A stretch of 64,000 nucleotides of DNA, from NCBI GenBank assembly GCA_016188115.1, contig JACPIK010000002.1, positions 1,064,077 to 1,128,076 of the forward strand, given 5' to 3'. This stretch comes from Candidatus Woesearchaeota archaeon. GTDB lineage: Archaea > Nanobdellota > Nanobdellia > Woesearchaeales > GW2011-AR9. The notes below the pieces were generated by a model that searched no databases, was not told the origin of the DNA, and saw only the letters and a program-made list of their open reading frames with translations. Shown here in pieces: positions 29,167-38,367 of the stretch (positions are counted from its first letter, which is position 1; each line of letters begins with the position of its first letter). The position numbers and the translations under genes were made by a program.

Positions 29167-29208
29167 GAGATAGAAAGAGGAATAGATGGTTTATATAGGT
29201 TTTTGGGA

Positions 29209-30228
29209 TTAAGTTATGAACGCACTGCGTACAAATTCAGCAGGGTTTCGTCTAAGATAAGATGTAGTGTACGCACAGGCTGAAAGACACCGATCATTAC
29301 ACCTTGCTAAGAGAGCTCTACTTCCATGTCCATCATTTCGAAAATAGTTTCTATCAATATCTCTAAATTGTGTTCCGGTAGTGAGCTTCATGTATTTAGA
29401 ACAGTGAAAGACTTCGCCGTTGGTTGCGACTTGAATCATGTACGTTCCAACATCGCATGACCAGCGTAGTGGTTCATCAAGGAAACGTAGGGCGTCTTCA
29501 AAATATCTCGTTGGGTTAAGAATGAGCACTCCCTGTTCTTTTTGTTCCATGAGATACTGCAAAGTCTCTCGAGTCTTTTCTCTTATTGCAGGTTCTTCAT
29601 AAACAGTTCTTCTTCCATCCTGAAATGCGCTAAATTCTGTGACCAATCCGAAAGTGATAGGAAGTCTGCGACGCCGTGAAAGTTCTACGAGTTTTGGCGT
29701 CTCATCTAAATTAGTTGGTGCAAGAACTTGATGTGCTTTGTAGCGTGTTCCATATTGTTTACGCATCTGTTCTAATCTGTCAATAAGACTTTCATCACCG
29801 TGAAGGGTTTTATCTGAACCTCGTACTGCATCGTACCCATCTAAAGAAATTTCAATTACATCTAAACCTGCTTCTCCTAGTTTGGCTAATTTTTCTGTTG
29901 TCAATGCTTTCTTCTTTCCATGTGATGTTACATAAGTGGAGAGGTTCAAACTCGTTGCAAAACGTACTAAGTCAGGTAGATCTGCACGTAATGTTGGCTC
30001 ACCCCCCATGAATGCAATAACAGCTGTTCCTAAATCTGCCGCATGTTGCATGCGTTCTTCGAGATCCTCTTGAGAGGGGTTACGCTTTGTGTTTTCTACA
30101 ACTTCACAATAGTCGCAGGCAAGATCACATTTGTCAGTGACCCACAGATGTACCCAGAGGGGAAGAGGTTCTTGCGTAGATTGGGCGAAAGAAGACGCGA
30201 GACGCAGGGATTTGGAAATAGAAGGCAT
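29209..30228 (-). CDS. Radical SAM enzyme with C-terminal SPASM/twitch-like Cys cluster
   Basis: 'CDLACDYC' CxxxCxxC; C-terminal 'C...NGEVFHC...CNDRCLSAC' (G-x4-C, Cx3Cx3C). Confidence 0.75.
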   Translation of the reverse strand: MPSISKSLRLASSFAQSTQEPLPLWVHLWVTDKCDLACDYCEVVENTKRNPSQEDLEERMQHAADLGTAVIAFMGGEPTLRADLPDLVRFATSLNLSTYVTSHGKKKALTTEKLAKLGEAGLDVIEISLDGYDAVRGSDKTLHGDESLIDRLEQMRKQYGTRYKAHQVLAPTNLDETPKLVELSRRRRLPITFGLVTEFSAFQDGRRTVYEEPAIREKTRETLQYLMEQKEQGVLILNPTRYFEDALRFLDEPLRWSCDVGTYMIQVATNGEVFHCSKYMKLTTGTQFRDIDRNYFRNDGHGSRALLARCNDRCLSACAYTTSYLRRNPAEFVRSAFIT

Positions 30229-30261
30229 GGGGAAGTTAGTGGAGAAAGAAGGATTTAAGGG

Positions 30262-31008
30262 TTGTGGGGACAGAAAACCAAAAAACTTATCAACATTGTT
30301 ATTCTAAAATTTATAATGTCTGTTTCAGAAAGAAAAGAAGTAACTTCTGTGGATATCATAAATCCCATAAAGATCGATGAAAAGAAATGGTACTTAGATC
30401 TTCGCATTGTAATTCCTTCAATCCTCTCACTTTTCGCATTAAGTGTTTCTTTAATATCTCTTGGTGTCTTCTCATCATTCGATTTAGATTTTTATTCTTC
30501 AGGGGCTTATGTTATCCATACAAATGTCTCTGATAATTTTGTTCAAGGAATGGCTTTTATTTTGCCTATAGAATTTCTTAATATTAACAGAGAGCAAGGG
30601 ATTGTGACAAGCATGTCTTTAGAGATTAGTGATGGTTTAGAAAAAGTGGAATATGTTCCTTTGTATGAAGTTAATGTAGGAAAGTTAGATACTAAGACTG
30701 ATAGTAGGGGTGAGAGTTATTGGCGTAAGTCAATTATTGGGCCATTTCAGAATTTTGGACTAAGTGAGAAAGAGAGGGTATCAAAATCTATAATGTTCGG
30801 TCCGATTTTGCCAGGACGTGTTGTAGTATTAGCTGAGGGGGAATACTCAATGAAACTGCTAGTTAATGCTTCTAACGGCAAAACCTATTACAAAGAAATT
30901 TTTCCAACATTCATTTTGGATAATAAAACTATAGAAAAAATAAATGATAATTATCTTGTGTTCATAAGATCAGACAACATGTATGCTTATTTTAAAGAAT
31001 ACAATTAA
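30262..31008 (+). CDS. Membrane-anchored hypothetical protein
   Basis: TM 'LRIVIPSILSLFALSVSLISLGVF', then an extracytoplasmic domain with no recognised motif. Likely start at internal 'MSVSERK'. Confidence 0.35.
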   Translation: MWGQKTKKLINIVILKFIMSVSERKEVTSVDIINPIKIDEKKWYLDLRIVIPSILSLFALSVSLISLGVFSSFDLDFYSSGAYVIHTNVSDNFVQGMAFILPIEFLNINREQGIVTSMSLEISDGLEKVEYVPLYEVNVGKLDTKTDSRGESYWRKSIIGPFQNFGLSEKERVSKSIMFGPILPGRVVVLAEGEYSMKLLVNASNGKTYYKEIFPTFILDNKTIEKINDNYLVFIRSDNMYAYFKEYN

Positions 31009-31032
31009 TTGGTTCACCAAAACTTAACTCAT

Positions 31033-32328
31033 TTAAGTTTTAACTTTCCTTCTAAATCCTTCCACCAACTTGACAAACAATTCCGGCACTAGCTTCATTT
31101 CACCAGCAGGAACAACGAATGCAATTCGTAGCTGAGTCTTGCCAGGATTCTTGGTATACACGTCAGTATAAAATCCTTCCATCGGAGCAGTAAGTAATGT
31201 TACGTTCTCTTTCCCAACAACAACAGATCCTTCACGCGCGCAATACAATACAAACTGCGTGGAGTCAAAGTTAGCATCGACGTTACGCATGTCAACAACC
31301 ATATACAAAGCAGACTGAGGTTGACTTACAATTAACTTCGGCATGCGTTTCAAAAACTCTGTTCGTAGAAAATGCATCTGTTCACTATAATATGCTCGCT
31401 GTTGAGCATACCATTTCTCTAAATCTTGTTTATTCTCATTAAGAATTCCAGCAAAGATGTATTGCCCAATACTATTTGATCCTAATGTTGCTGTACATTC
31501 AGCCACAGCTTTTTCATGAAATTCTTTATTATCAGTAATAATAGCGCCGATGCGCAGACCACACGCATTCCACACTTTTGAAGTGCTCTCGATACTAATG
31601 CGACAGCCAGAAATACCTAGTACCTCTTTTTCGGTGATCGCCCACACACTCGATACTTTTTGTTTGGTATACACTAACCCTCGATACGCTTCATCACTAA
31701 TAATCCACATCCCATATTTCACACATAAACGCGCTAATTCATTCAATTCTTCTTGTGGATAAAATTGACCTGTGGGATTGTCATAGGGGATGACAACCAA
31801 TGCTGCAGGTTTTTCTTTCTTGATCGTTGCTTCAATTTGTTTGAAATCAGGTAAACTAAAAACGCCATCTTCATTCATCGTGCGGCAAACCGACACCACT
31901 CGTCGGCACGTTCGCTTCGCTAAGAGTTTGTAATTAGGATAAGCAGGGTCAAGCAATAATACTGGACGTTCTGGGTCAGTAGTACCAAGTAAAGTGATTT
32001 CCATGGCAGCAGAGCCCCCTTCCGTGATATTGCAATAAAGATTATTAGTATTAAAACCAAAACTATTGATTACATGTAAAAATGCATTGCGTGTTTCTGG
32101 CACACCAACAGTTGGGGCATAGCCGTCAACGCCTTTAGCAAAAGGACTTTTTGTTCCTAACTCTTTGAGACGCTTTTGCATGGCTGGATGCATGGGTAAG
32201 GTGACGTCACCGATTGCTGCGTTAATAGGACGTACGCCATCGGTGCGTTTAGCACATTCGATTTGAGCTAAGCGTACAGGAGAAGGACCACGTTGAGCAA
32301 AATAAGTTGAGAGGGAAGGTTTGGGCAT
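31033..32328 (-). CDS. PLP-dependent aminotransferase class I/II
   Basis: 'YDNPTGQF', 'ISDEAYRGLVY', PLP-Lys region 'SKVWNACGLRIG'. Confidence 0.8.
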   Translation of the reverse strand: MPKPSLSTYFAQRGPSPVRLAQIECAKRTDGVRPINAAIGDVTLPMHPAMQKRLKELGTKSPFAKGVDGYAPTVGVPETRNAFLHVINSFGFNTNNLYCNITEGGSAAMEITLLGTTDPERPVLLLDPAYPNYKLLAKRTCRRVVSVCRTMNEDGVFSLPDFKQIEATIKKEKPAALVVIPYDNPTGQFYPQEELNELARLCVKYGMWIISDEAYRGLVYTKQKVSSVWAITEKEVLGISGCRISIESTSKVWNACGLRIGAIITDNKEFHEKAVAECTATLGSNSIGQYIFAGILNENKQDLEKWYAQQRAYYSEQMHFLRTEFLKRMPKLIVSQPQSALYMVVDMRNVDANFDSTQFVLYCAREGSVVVGKENVTLLTAPMEGFYTDVYTKNPGKTQLRIAFVVPAGEMKLVPELFVKLVEGFRRKVKT

Positions 32329-32399
32329 ATAGGCAGGTAGAGAAGAGGTGTTAATATAGTTTTGGGAGAAATTTATAAAATTGGTTCTGTTTTAAGATT

Positions 32400-32831
32400 A
32401 TGATGAATAAATCTCTCAAAATCTACTTTGCCGCATCGATTCGTGGCGGACGAGAATTGCAACCCGTATATGAAGAAATTGTGACATTCTTAGAAACCAA
32501 AGGGAAAGTATTGACCGAACATCTGCGAGAGAAAACATTGACAAATCAAGGTGAACAAGGTATTACTACGCAGCAAATTTTTGAACGGGATATGAAATTT
32601 TTGCAAGAAGCAAATGTCATGATTGCAGAAGTGACGGTGCCGTCATTAGGTGTGGGATATGAACTTGCGGTGGCTGAGCAGTTAAGAATACCCATATTAT
32701 GCTTATATTATCCAATAGGGGGTAAGAGTTTATCTGCGATGATACAGGGGAACACAAAGTTAGTTGTGAAAGAGTATCGGACATTGGACGAAGCCAAGAA
32801 AGAAATTGAGGAGTTTTTGGAGGGGTTGTAG
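32400..32831 (+). CDS. 2'-deoxynucleoside 5'-phosphate N-hydrolase-like (DNPH1/Rcl, nucleoside deoxyribosyltransferase fold)
   Basis: 'IYFAASIRGGRE', 'VMIAEVTVPSLGVGYELAVAEQLRIPILCLY' match the Rcl signature. Confidence 0.65.
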   Translation: MMNKSLKIYFAASIRGGRELQPVYEEIVTFLETKGKVLTEHLREKTLTNQGEQGITTQQIFERDMKFLQEANVMIAEVTVPSLGVGYELAVAEQLRIPILCLYYPIGGKSLSAMIQGNTKLVVKEYRTLDEAKKEIEEFLEGL

Positions 32832-32884
32832 CTGGTTGCTTATTTGCACGAAAGCTTATATATTCTTTAGGATATAATTAGATT

Positions 32885-33481
32885 ATGCTTTCAAAGTTAC
32901 AAAGAGTGTTAATTGCGTTGGTCATTGTCTTACTATATCCTTTTTTGAAAATACTTATAGGGGACTTTTCAACGACATCTTTGATTAGAGACTTTTTTCT
33001 TTCGTTAGTTGGCTTTGTACTCTTTTATAATTTGTTGGGTAATGGTTACAATCAGAATGTTAATCAGAAAAAAGTAAAATATCCTATTTGGTTCTTACGT
33101 TCAATTCCTACTCTATCATATTTATATGTAATTACTTTGATAGTAGGTATTATTTTGGCTTATGCTTTAGGTACTAAAACCTTATTTTGGGTTGCACTTT
33201 CTCTTTTTTTCAGTCAAAATTTCTTAGTAACGCTGGTTCATTTATCCCATGTTAAGAAAATCTCAAAAAGTATTTTGACACTATTTACTGCTATATTCAT
33301 TCCATTATCCCTCGTCGCGTTGATATTGCCTTTTGGTAAGATTAAAATTGTTCTTTTTGGTCTACTTAGCACTCCTGTTTTGATTATTACTCTGTATGGT
33401 TTCTATGTAAAGATGAAATTTGTTGATCCAGAAGAGCTCAATTACCTTCTTCAAAAGAGATTAAAGCAGAAAAAAAAGTAG
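32885..33481 (+). CDS. Polytopic membrane hypothetical protein (no Cys)
   Basis: About 6 predicted TM helices; basic C-terminus 'QKRLKQKKK'. Confidence 0.4.
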   Translation: MLSKLQRVLIALVIVLLYPFLKILIGDFSTTSLIRDFFLSLVGFVLFYNLLGNGYNQNVNQKKVKYPIWFLRSIPTLSYLYVITLIVGIILAYALGTKTLFWVALSLFFSQNFLVTLVHLSHVKKISKSILTLFTAIFIPLSLVALILPFGKIKIVLFGLLSTPVLIITLYGFYVKMKFVDPEELNYLLQKRLKQKKK

Positions 33482-33485
33482 TTTC

Positions 33486-33728
33486 TTATCTTTCACAATC
33501 ATCCACTGTCACTGCCGCATCCCTAAAGTATTCTTCACACTGTGTACTCATTGAATATCCACTCATAAAATGTCCGCAGGCGGCAGCAGATGGTCCTACC
33601 GCAACAGGACTTTGCGAAAATGCATTCACACATTCTATACAACAATCAGGATTTAAAGAAGGCTGAGTAGTACAAGATAGTGTTAATGAAGTAAGAAATA
33701 GAATAAAGAGTAATTTGTAATTCATCAT
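33486..33728 (-). CDS. Small secreted Cys-rich protein with lipobox-like signal
   Basis: 'LLFILFLTSLTLSC' then 7 more Cys in ~55 aa. Confidence 0.4.
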   Translation of the reverse strand: MMNYKLLFILFLTSLTLSCTTQPSLNPDCCIECVNAFSQSPVAVGPSAAACGHFMSGYSMSTQCEEYFRDAAVTVDDCER

Positions 33729-33814
33729 GTATTATCATATAACTTGCAATAAAAACCTTCCTACATATCCTGCTGTAGAGAAAGATTTAAAACCGGCTCC
33801 AAAACCTCAAACCC

Positions 33815-34825
33815 ATGGTGTATAGCTGGTTATCTCCCAAAGCCCAAACAAAAAAATCAAGTATTGAAGGAACTGGAACATTCTGTAAAACTAAAATCCA
33901 CAAAGATGAACTTATCTGTGTTTTTGGTGGTCATATCTTTGATACAAAAACGTGGAAAACACTTGATGAAAGTGTTGGTTCATTAGCACTTCCTCTCAAC
34001 GAAGAATTTGTTATTGCGCTTCATCATCTCTCTGAAGCCGGCGATGGTGATTTTGTCAATCATTCTTGCAATCCCAACGCTGGAATTCATGGGCAAATCT
34101 TTCTCGTCGCCATGCGCGAAATCGAAGCCGGCGAAGAAATTACCTTTGACTATGCAGTTGTTCTTGCTGACATTGCTCCACAAGATTGCGAGTTTGACTG
34201 TCATTGTGGTGCAATTAGTTGTCGTGGAAAAATCACAGCTCATGATTGGAAACGCGACGATTTACAACACAAATATGCCGGTTATTTCTCACATTATATT
34301 CAACAAAAGATCAATTACATTGAAGAAATGAAAAAGCGGGGAACTTCACCTCTTGTCGTTATCAAAGAATCAGCAATTCATAATAAAGGCGGCTACGCTG
34401 CCTGTGATATCGCCAAAGGCACAAAGATTATCCAATACGTTGGTGAGAAACTCACTAAAGAAGTCTCGAATCGACGTTGTGAAGAGCAAGTTGAATTAGC
34501 CAAGACCGACCCTTCCTGCGGCGAAGTTTACATCTTTGAACTTGATGACCAATATGACATTGACGGAAATGTTCCCTATAATACAGCCCGATTTCTCAAC
34601 CATTCCTGTGAACCAAACTGTCGCGATGTAAATGACAATGGGGAAATTTGGATCGTCGCCATTCGCGATATCAAAAAAGGAGAAGAATTACTGTATAATT
34701 ATCGCTTTGGACTTGATGACTTTCAAGATTTTCCTTGCCGCTGCGGTTCTCCACGCTGCTTTGGGTATATCTTAGACGAAGAAGATTGGGCAGATGGTCG
34801 CGATATCCTTTCTCAGAAAAAATGA
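33815..34825 (+). CDS. Tandem SET-domain protein (two SET plus post-SET Cys clusters)
   Basis: Domain 1 'NHSCNPNA...EEITFDY...CHCGAISC'; domain 2 'NHSCEPNC...GEELLYNY...CRCGSPRC'. Confidence 0.75.
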   Translation: MVYSWLSPKAQTKKSSIEGTGTFCKTKIHKDELICVFGGHIFDTKTWKTLDESVGSLALPLNEEFVIALHHLSEAGDGDFVNHSCNPNAGIHGQIFLVAMREIEAGEEITFDYAVVLADIAPQDCEFDCHCGAISCRGKITAHDWKRDDLQHKYAGYFSHYIQQKINYIEEMKKRGTSPLVVIKESAIHNKGGYAACDIAKGTKIIQYVGEKLTKEVSNRRCEEQVELAKTDPSCGEVYIFELDDQYDIDGNVPYNTARFLNHSCEPNCRDVNDNGEIWIVAIRDIKKGEELLYNYRFGLDDFQDFPCRCGSPRCFGYILDEEDWADGRDILSQKK

Positions 34826-35310
34826 ACCATCCACACGATCTCATTGAAATAAAAACATCCTCCATTCATCATTTTGGTATCTTTGCCAAAAAAGATATTG
34901 CTAAAGGCACGAAAATAATCGAATATATTGGCGAGAAAATTTCTAAGAAACAAAGTGCTCGACGATCTCAAAAAACCCTCAAAACATCGCAAAAAGATCC
35001 ATCGGCTGGTGCCGTGTATATGTTTGAATTAGACGATGAATGGGATATTGATGGCAATGTCGAAAACAATCCTGCACGTTTCTTAAACCACTCCTGTGAC
35101 CCCAATTGTGAGGTAGAAATTGAAGATGGGCATATCTGGATCTACGCCAAACGCGACATCAAAAAAGGTGAAGAGCTATTATATAATTATGGGTACGATC
35201 TAGAATTTTATCAAGATCACCCTTGCAAATGCAATTCTAAACGGTGTGTAGGCTATATCGTGCATGAGGACCACTGGGAAAAATTAAAAGAGTTATTACA
35301 GAAAAACTAG
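34822..35310 (+). CDS. SET-domain protein (paralog of the C-terminal half of the upstream gene)
   Basis: ATGA overlap with the upstream stop; 'FLNHSCDPNC...GEELLYNY...CKCNSKRC'; long near-identical stretches to SET domain 2 of 33815..34825. Confidence 0.75.
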   Translation: MNHPHDLIEIKTSSIHHFGIFAKKDIAKGTKIIEYIGEKISKKQSARRSQKTLKTSQKDPSAGAVYMFELDDEWDIDGNVENNPARFLNHSCDPNCEVEIEDGHIWIYAKRDIKKGEELLYNYGYDLEFYQDHPCKCNSKRCVGYIVHEDHWEKLKELLQKN

Positions 35311-35311
35311 T

Positions 35312-35776
35312 TCAAACCAATTCTCGTCGTATCAATTCTGGCAATATCTTATTTTTAATAATGGGTGAAAGAATCGTCACATTATCGTCTCTTCCAAACC
35401 ATCGTTGATCTTGAATCTCGCAAGATGGTTTTGGTTCACCTACAATCTCTCCAATATACACTTCAATCGCCACAATAGTATTTGCTTCATTCGCAGCAGC
35501 ATCCTCTACATGACACAAAAAAGACAAAGAAGACGTAACAACATCGCAATCATGTTCCTCTTTAATCTCGCGTACTAAACATTCTTCTGGGGTTTCATGA
35601 GGTGTTGGCTTGCCGCCAGGAAGAAGAAAAAGAGACGTATTTTTCTTCCTATTTACTAAGAATCTTTTATCACGAAGAATAATCAGACCATATTTGTGGA
35701 TCGTGTTCATTGTTTTTTTAGAAGGAAGATTTTTTATAAAGATATATGGTTGTTTTTTCCATGCACAACGCAGCAA
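35312..35776 (-). CDS. Nudix hydrolase
   Basis: Nudix box 'GGKPTPHETPEECLVREIKEEHD'. Confidence 0.8.
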   Translation of the reverse strand: MLRCAWKKQPYIFIKNLPSKKTMNTIHKYGLIILRDKRFLVNRKKNTSLFLLPGGKPTPHETPEECLVREIKEEHDCDVVTSSLSFLCHVEDAAANEANTIVAIEVYIGEIVGEPKPSCEIQDQRWFGRDDNVTILSPIIKNKILPELIRRELV

Positions 35777-36195
35777 TTCTCGATTTTAGTCGGACATTAT
35801 ACGATCCTGACAATGGATGTCTCATTGAGGGAGCAAAAGAGCTTCTTAACGCGTTACAACATAAAAAATATCAAATGATCCTAGTAAGCCGCACCAAAGA
35901 CTTGCAGCATAAACATCTTGAACACCTAGGAATTCGCCATTTCTTTTCCGAAATTATCATCACCACGACAAAAGATGAAAGCATGTTTAGTGCGATTGCC
36001 AACGATGCCAACATTAATCCTGCACAGGTTCTTGTGATCGGAGATAAAGCGCAAAGTGAAATTATCGCGGGTAAGAAAGCAGGCATGAAAACAATTTGGT
36101 TTCGATCCGGAAAGTATGCTCACGAGATACCTTTAGAAGGTATGGGACCTGATGTAATGGTCGATAAATTAATTGACATAATAAAGTATATTTAA
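35746..36195 (+). CDS. HAD-superfamily hydrolase (small, with variant motif I)
   Basis: 'AILDFSRTL' (DxSxT variant), 'VLVIGDKAQSEIIAGKKAGMKTIWF' motif IV. Confidence 0.6.
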   Translation: MVVFSMHNAAILDFSRTLYDPDNGCLIEGAKELLNALQHKKYQMILVSRTKDLQHKHLEHLGIRHFFSEIIITTTKDESMFSAIANDANINPAQVLVIGDKAQSEIIAGKKAGMKTIWFRSGKYAHEIPLEGMGPDVMVDKLIDIIKYI

Positions 36196-36656
36196 AATAA
36201 AAGTATCACAATTCCCACAAACAACCCTACTTGAACAAACTTCTCTATCACTCCACCGGTCTTGATAAACCCACGAATACGTGGTCGTTCTAATGGATAG
36301 AAAAGAGGAATACCCTGAGGAGTAAGAAAGTCACCCACAATGTGTGCTACATAGCCAAGCAGCAAACCAAATGCCCATAATTTTCCTACAAACAACCCCA
36401 ACAGGATTGCTAGTGCCATAAAGAAAATCAGCGAATGAAAAAATCCTCGATGTCGTGAAAGAAACGCAATAATTTTTCCAAAAAATCCTGTAAAACGATT
36501 AATTGTGCTATGCGCCTCATCAATATCGGGCAACGCTGCCCCCAAAAGCACAATTCCTAACAGCCCTACTGCTTCAAAAGATGAAATACCTGTCCACCAC
36601 GATTCCGTCAAAAGAAAAAAGAGAATCGCGAATAAAGCATGCGAGACAAAGAGCAT
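36192..36656 (-). CDS. Membrane-bound metal-dependent hydrolase (DUF457/YdjM-like)
   Basis: 'LGAALPDIDEAHS', 'HRGFFHSLIF', 'GYVAHIVGDFLT' His-rich motifs in a TM context. Confidence 0.5.
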   Translation of the reverse strand: MLFVSHALFAILFFLLTESWWTGISSFEAVGLLGIVLLGAALPDIDEAHSTINRFTGFFGKIIAFLSRHRGFFHSLIFFMALAILLGLFVGKLWAFGLLLGYVAHIVGDFLTPQGIPLFYPLERPRIRGFIKTGGVIEKFVQVGLFVGIVILLF

Positions 36657-36688
36657 AAGATAACAATGTTGTAGAAGTATTTAAGATT

Positions 36689-37282
36689 TTAGAGATCGAT
36701 GCGAAGATGGTCTTCAAGATAACGTATACCCATATCAGACTCAAAGTGAGAAGTAGGATCAATAAAACGTCTTCTTCGCTTTCCATCTGGGTAAATCACT
36801 TGGGCGACTTCTACATCGGGCTCTTCCTGAAGAATATTTCGTTTTCCGTTCGATAGATCTTCCATGAGGATACCTACTGCGTGGTATTCCATCCCCTGCC
36901 AACGTACAGAGGTTGTAACTGGAACAATAAAAGAAGAAGGATCATCTCCATACTCAAATGCTTTATGATACGCATCGAGTTGTTGCGCGAATAGATTTCT
37001 CCCGATTCGAGTCGTAAGGTGGTATGGTTGTTTCAATCCAAGGCGGAGTGCTACTGGGATCGGTTCTTCTTTTTCTGGTCTTAATGCAATAACGATATGG
37101 TCTTTTCCAGATCCTAATTCTAGAAGTGGAGGTGGAACGATAATGGGAGAATATGATGAGAGTTCTGCTCGAGCATTATAGACCGCTTGGAAACACATTC
37201 GAGCTCTATCCAGAAGTTGAGCATCCTGCCGTAGTATATGTGCCATTCTTGCACTGCGGTCAAAATAATCCATAAATGCCAT
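36689..37282 (-). CDS. Hypothetical protein
   Basis: Long ORF with good coding signal; Arg-rich, with locally higher GC; no motif recognised. Confidence 0.3.
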   Translation of the reverse strand: MAFMDYFDRSARMAHILRQDAQLLDRARMCFQAVYNARAELSSYSPIIVPPPLLELGSGKDHIVIALRPEKEEPIPVALRLGLKQPYHLTTRIGRNLFAQQLDAYHKAFEYGDDPSSFIVPVTTSVRWQGMEYHAVGILMEDLSNGKRNILQEEPDVEVAQVIYPDGKRRRRFIDPTSHFESDMGIRYLEDHLRIDL

Positions 37283-37322
37283 GATGATTAGAATAAAAAG
37301 TTATTTTAATTTTTTTTAGATT

Positions 37323-38312
37323 CTACTTCACTGCTTCCAACTTCTTCAATTCTTCCTGCGGGTCAGCTTTCTCAACTAACTGCACATTAAACTCTAAGCG
37401 GTCAAACATGTCATTCTTTGTGACACGACCAATAAACTTATACTGCTCACCGAGTAAATCAGTCTTCGATTCTTCAAACAAACTAAGATTGGTCTTGACA
37501 GCATTAAAATCAAGATCAGGCTTATTCAATAAGCGATCCGTTTGATTTTTCCACAGAACGGTACGAATGTTACCACTGCCATCATCAAGAATCAAATTTA
37601 GCACATATGATAATGTAGGTTCAACTTTCCCATGCTCAGCGCACGTCATCGCGCCTTCTTGCTCCGTTACTTTCTTATTGCAACTTCCACACACAGAAAA
37701 AAAGCGAGGATCAAAGATTTGCACAATGGTTCCCATAATCTCTACATTACTCTCTCCTGCAGAAAGATTTGAAATAGGTTTACGTGCGACTTCTGTCGTT
37801 TTGCGAACACTCTCTATCTGCACGCCTTCTGGGTTAATATTGATTGTTCCTTTATCACCAAGATGTAATTCTCGTCCGCCTTGGTTTTCACGCACATAAC
37901 AATTTTTGACTTCAAGAATATCGTCTTCTTTGAGTTCAGCGATTTTATCTACTTGATCGTTCCAAAACACCGTACGAATTGTACCCGTTTCATCACCTAA
38001 TAATATAGAACAAACTTTTCCTTTACTTTCACCCTTAACAAACTCGCGAATTTCAAACTTACGCACAACTTTGCCTACTGCACCAACATTGCGCATGCCT
38101 GCATAAATCTCTTTGATTTTGAGTTTGGCTTTTTCAGCAGGAGTAGTCTCTAGACCAAGCTCATTTGCCAGAATATGCGCCGCACCTTCTTCACTAATCA
38201 ATCCAGAAAGTTCATTGATCTTTTGTTTGATACGCGTATCAAAATCACGTGGAGTGATCTGACCACTTTTAAGTATTCGTTCTTTGAGTTCTTCAAACGG
38301 GATCTTATACAT
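37323..38312 (-). CDS. Replication protein A / ssDNA-binding protein (OB folds plus C4 zinc ribbon)
   Basis: Two OB-like segments; 'CGSCNKKV...MTCAEHG' zinc ribbon; N-terminal RPA-like helix. Confidence 0.7.
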   Translation of the reverse strand: MYKIPFEELKERILKSGQITPRDFDTRIKQKINELSGLISEEGAAHILANELGLETTPAEKAKLKIKEIYAGMRNVGAVGKVVRKFEIREFVKGESKGKVCSILLGDETGTIRTVFWNDQVDKIAELKEDDILEVKNCYVRENQGGRELHLGDKGTININPEGVQIESVRKTTEVARKPISNLSAGESNVEIMGTIVQIFDPRFFSVCGSCNKKVTEQEGAMTCAEHGKVEPTLSYVLNLILDDGSGNIRTVLWKNQTDRLLNKPDLDFNAVKTNLSLFEESKTDLLGEQYKFIGRVTKNDMFDRLEFNVQLVEKADPQEELKKLEAVK

Positions 38313-38367
38313 GATTTTTGGGGGTATAAAGAGGTTTATAAGGTTTTAGCTATTAGAAGAGTACAAA

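Noticed and set aside
32885-33481. Polytopic membrane protein considered as a possible archaeosortase for the PEF-CTERM proteins
   Set aside because: It contains no cysteine at all, whereas archaeosortases/exosortases need a catalytic Cys (plus Arg/Asn). At 198 aa it is also too small. No archaeosortase candidate exists in this window.
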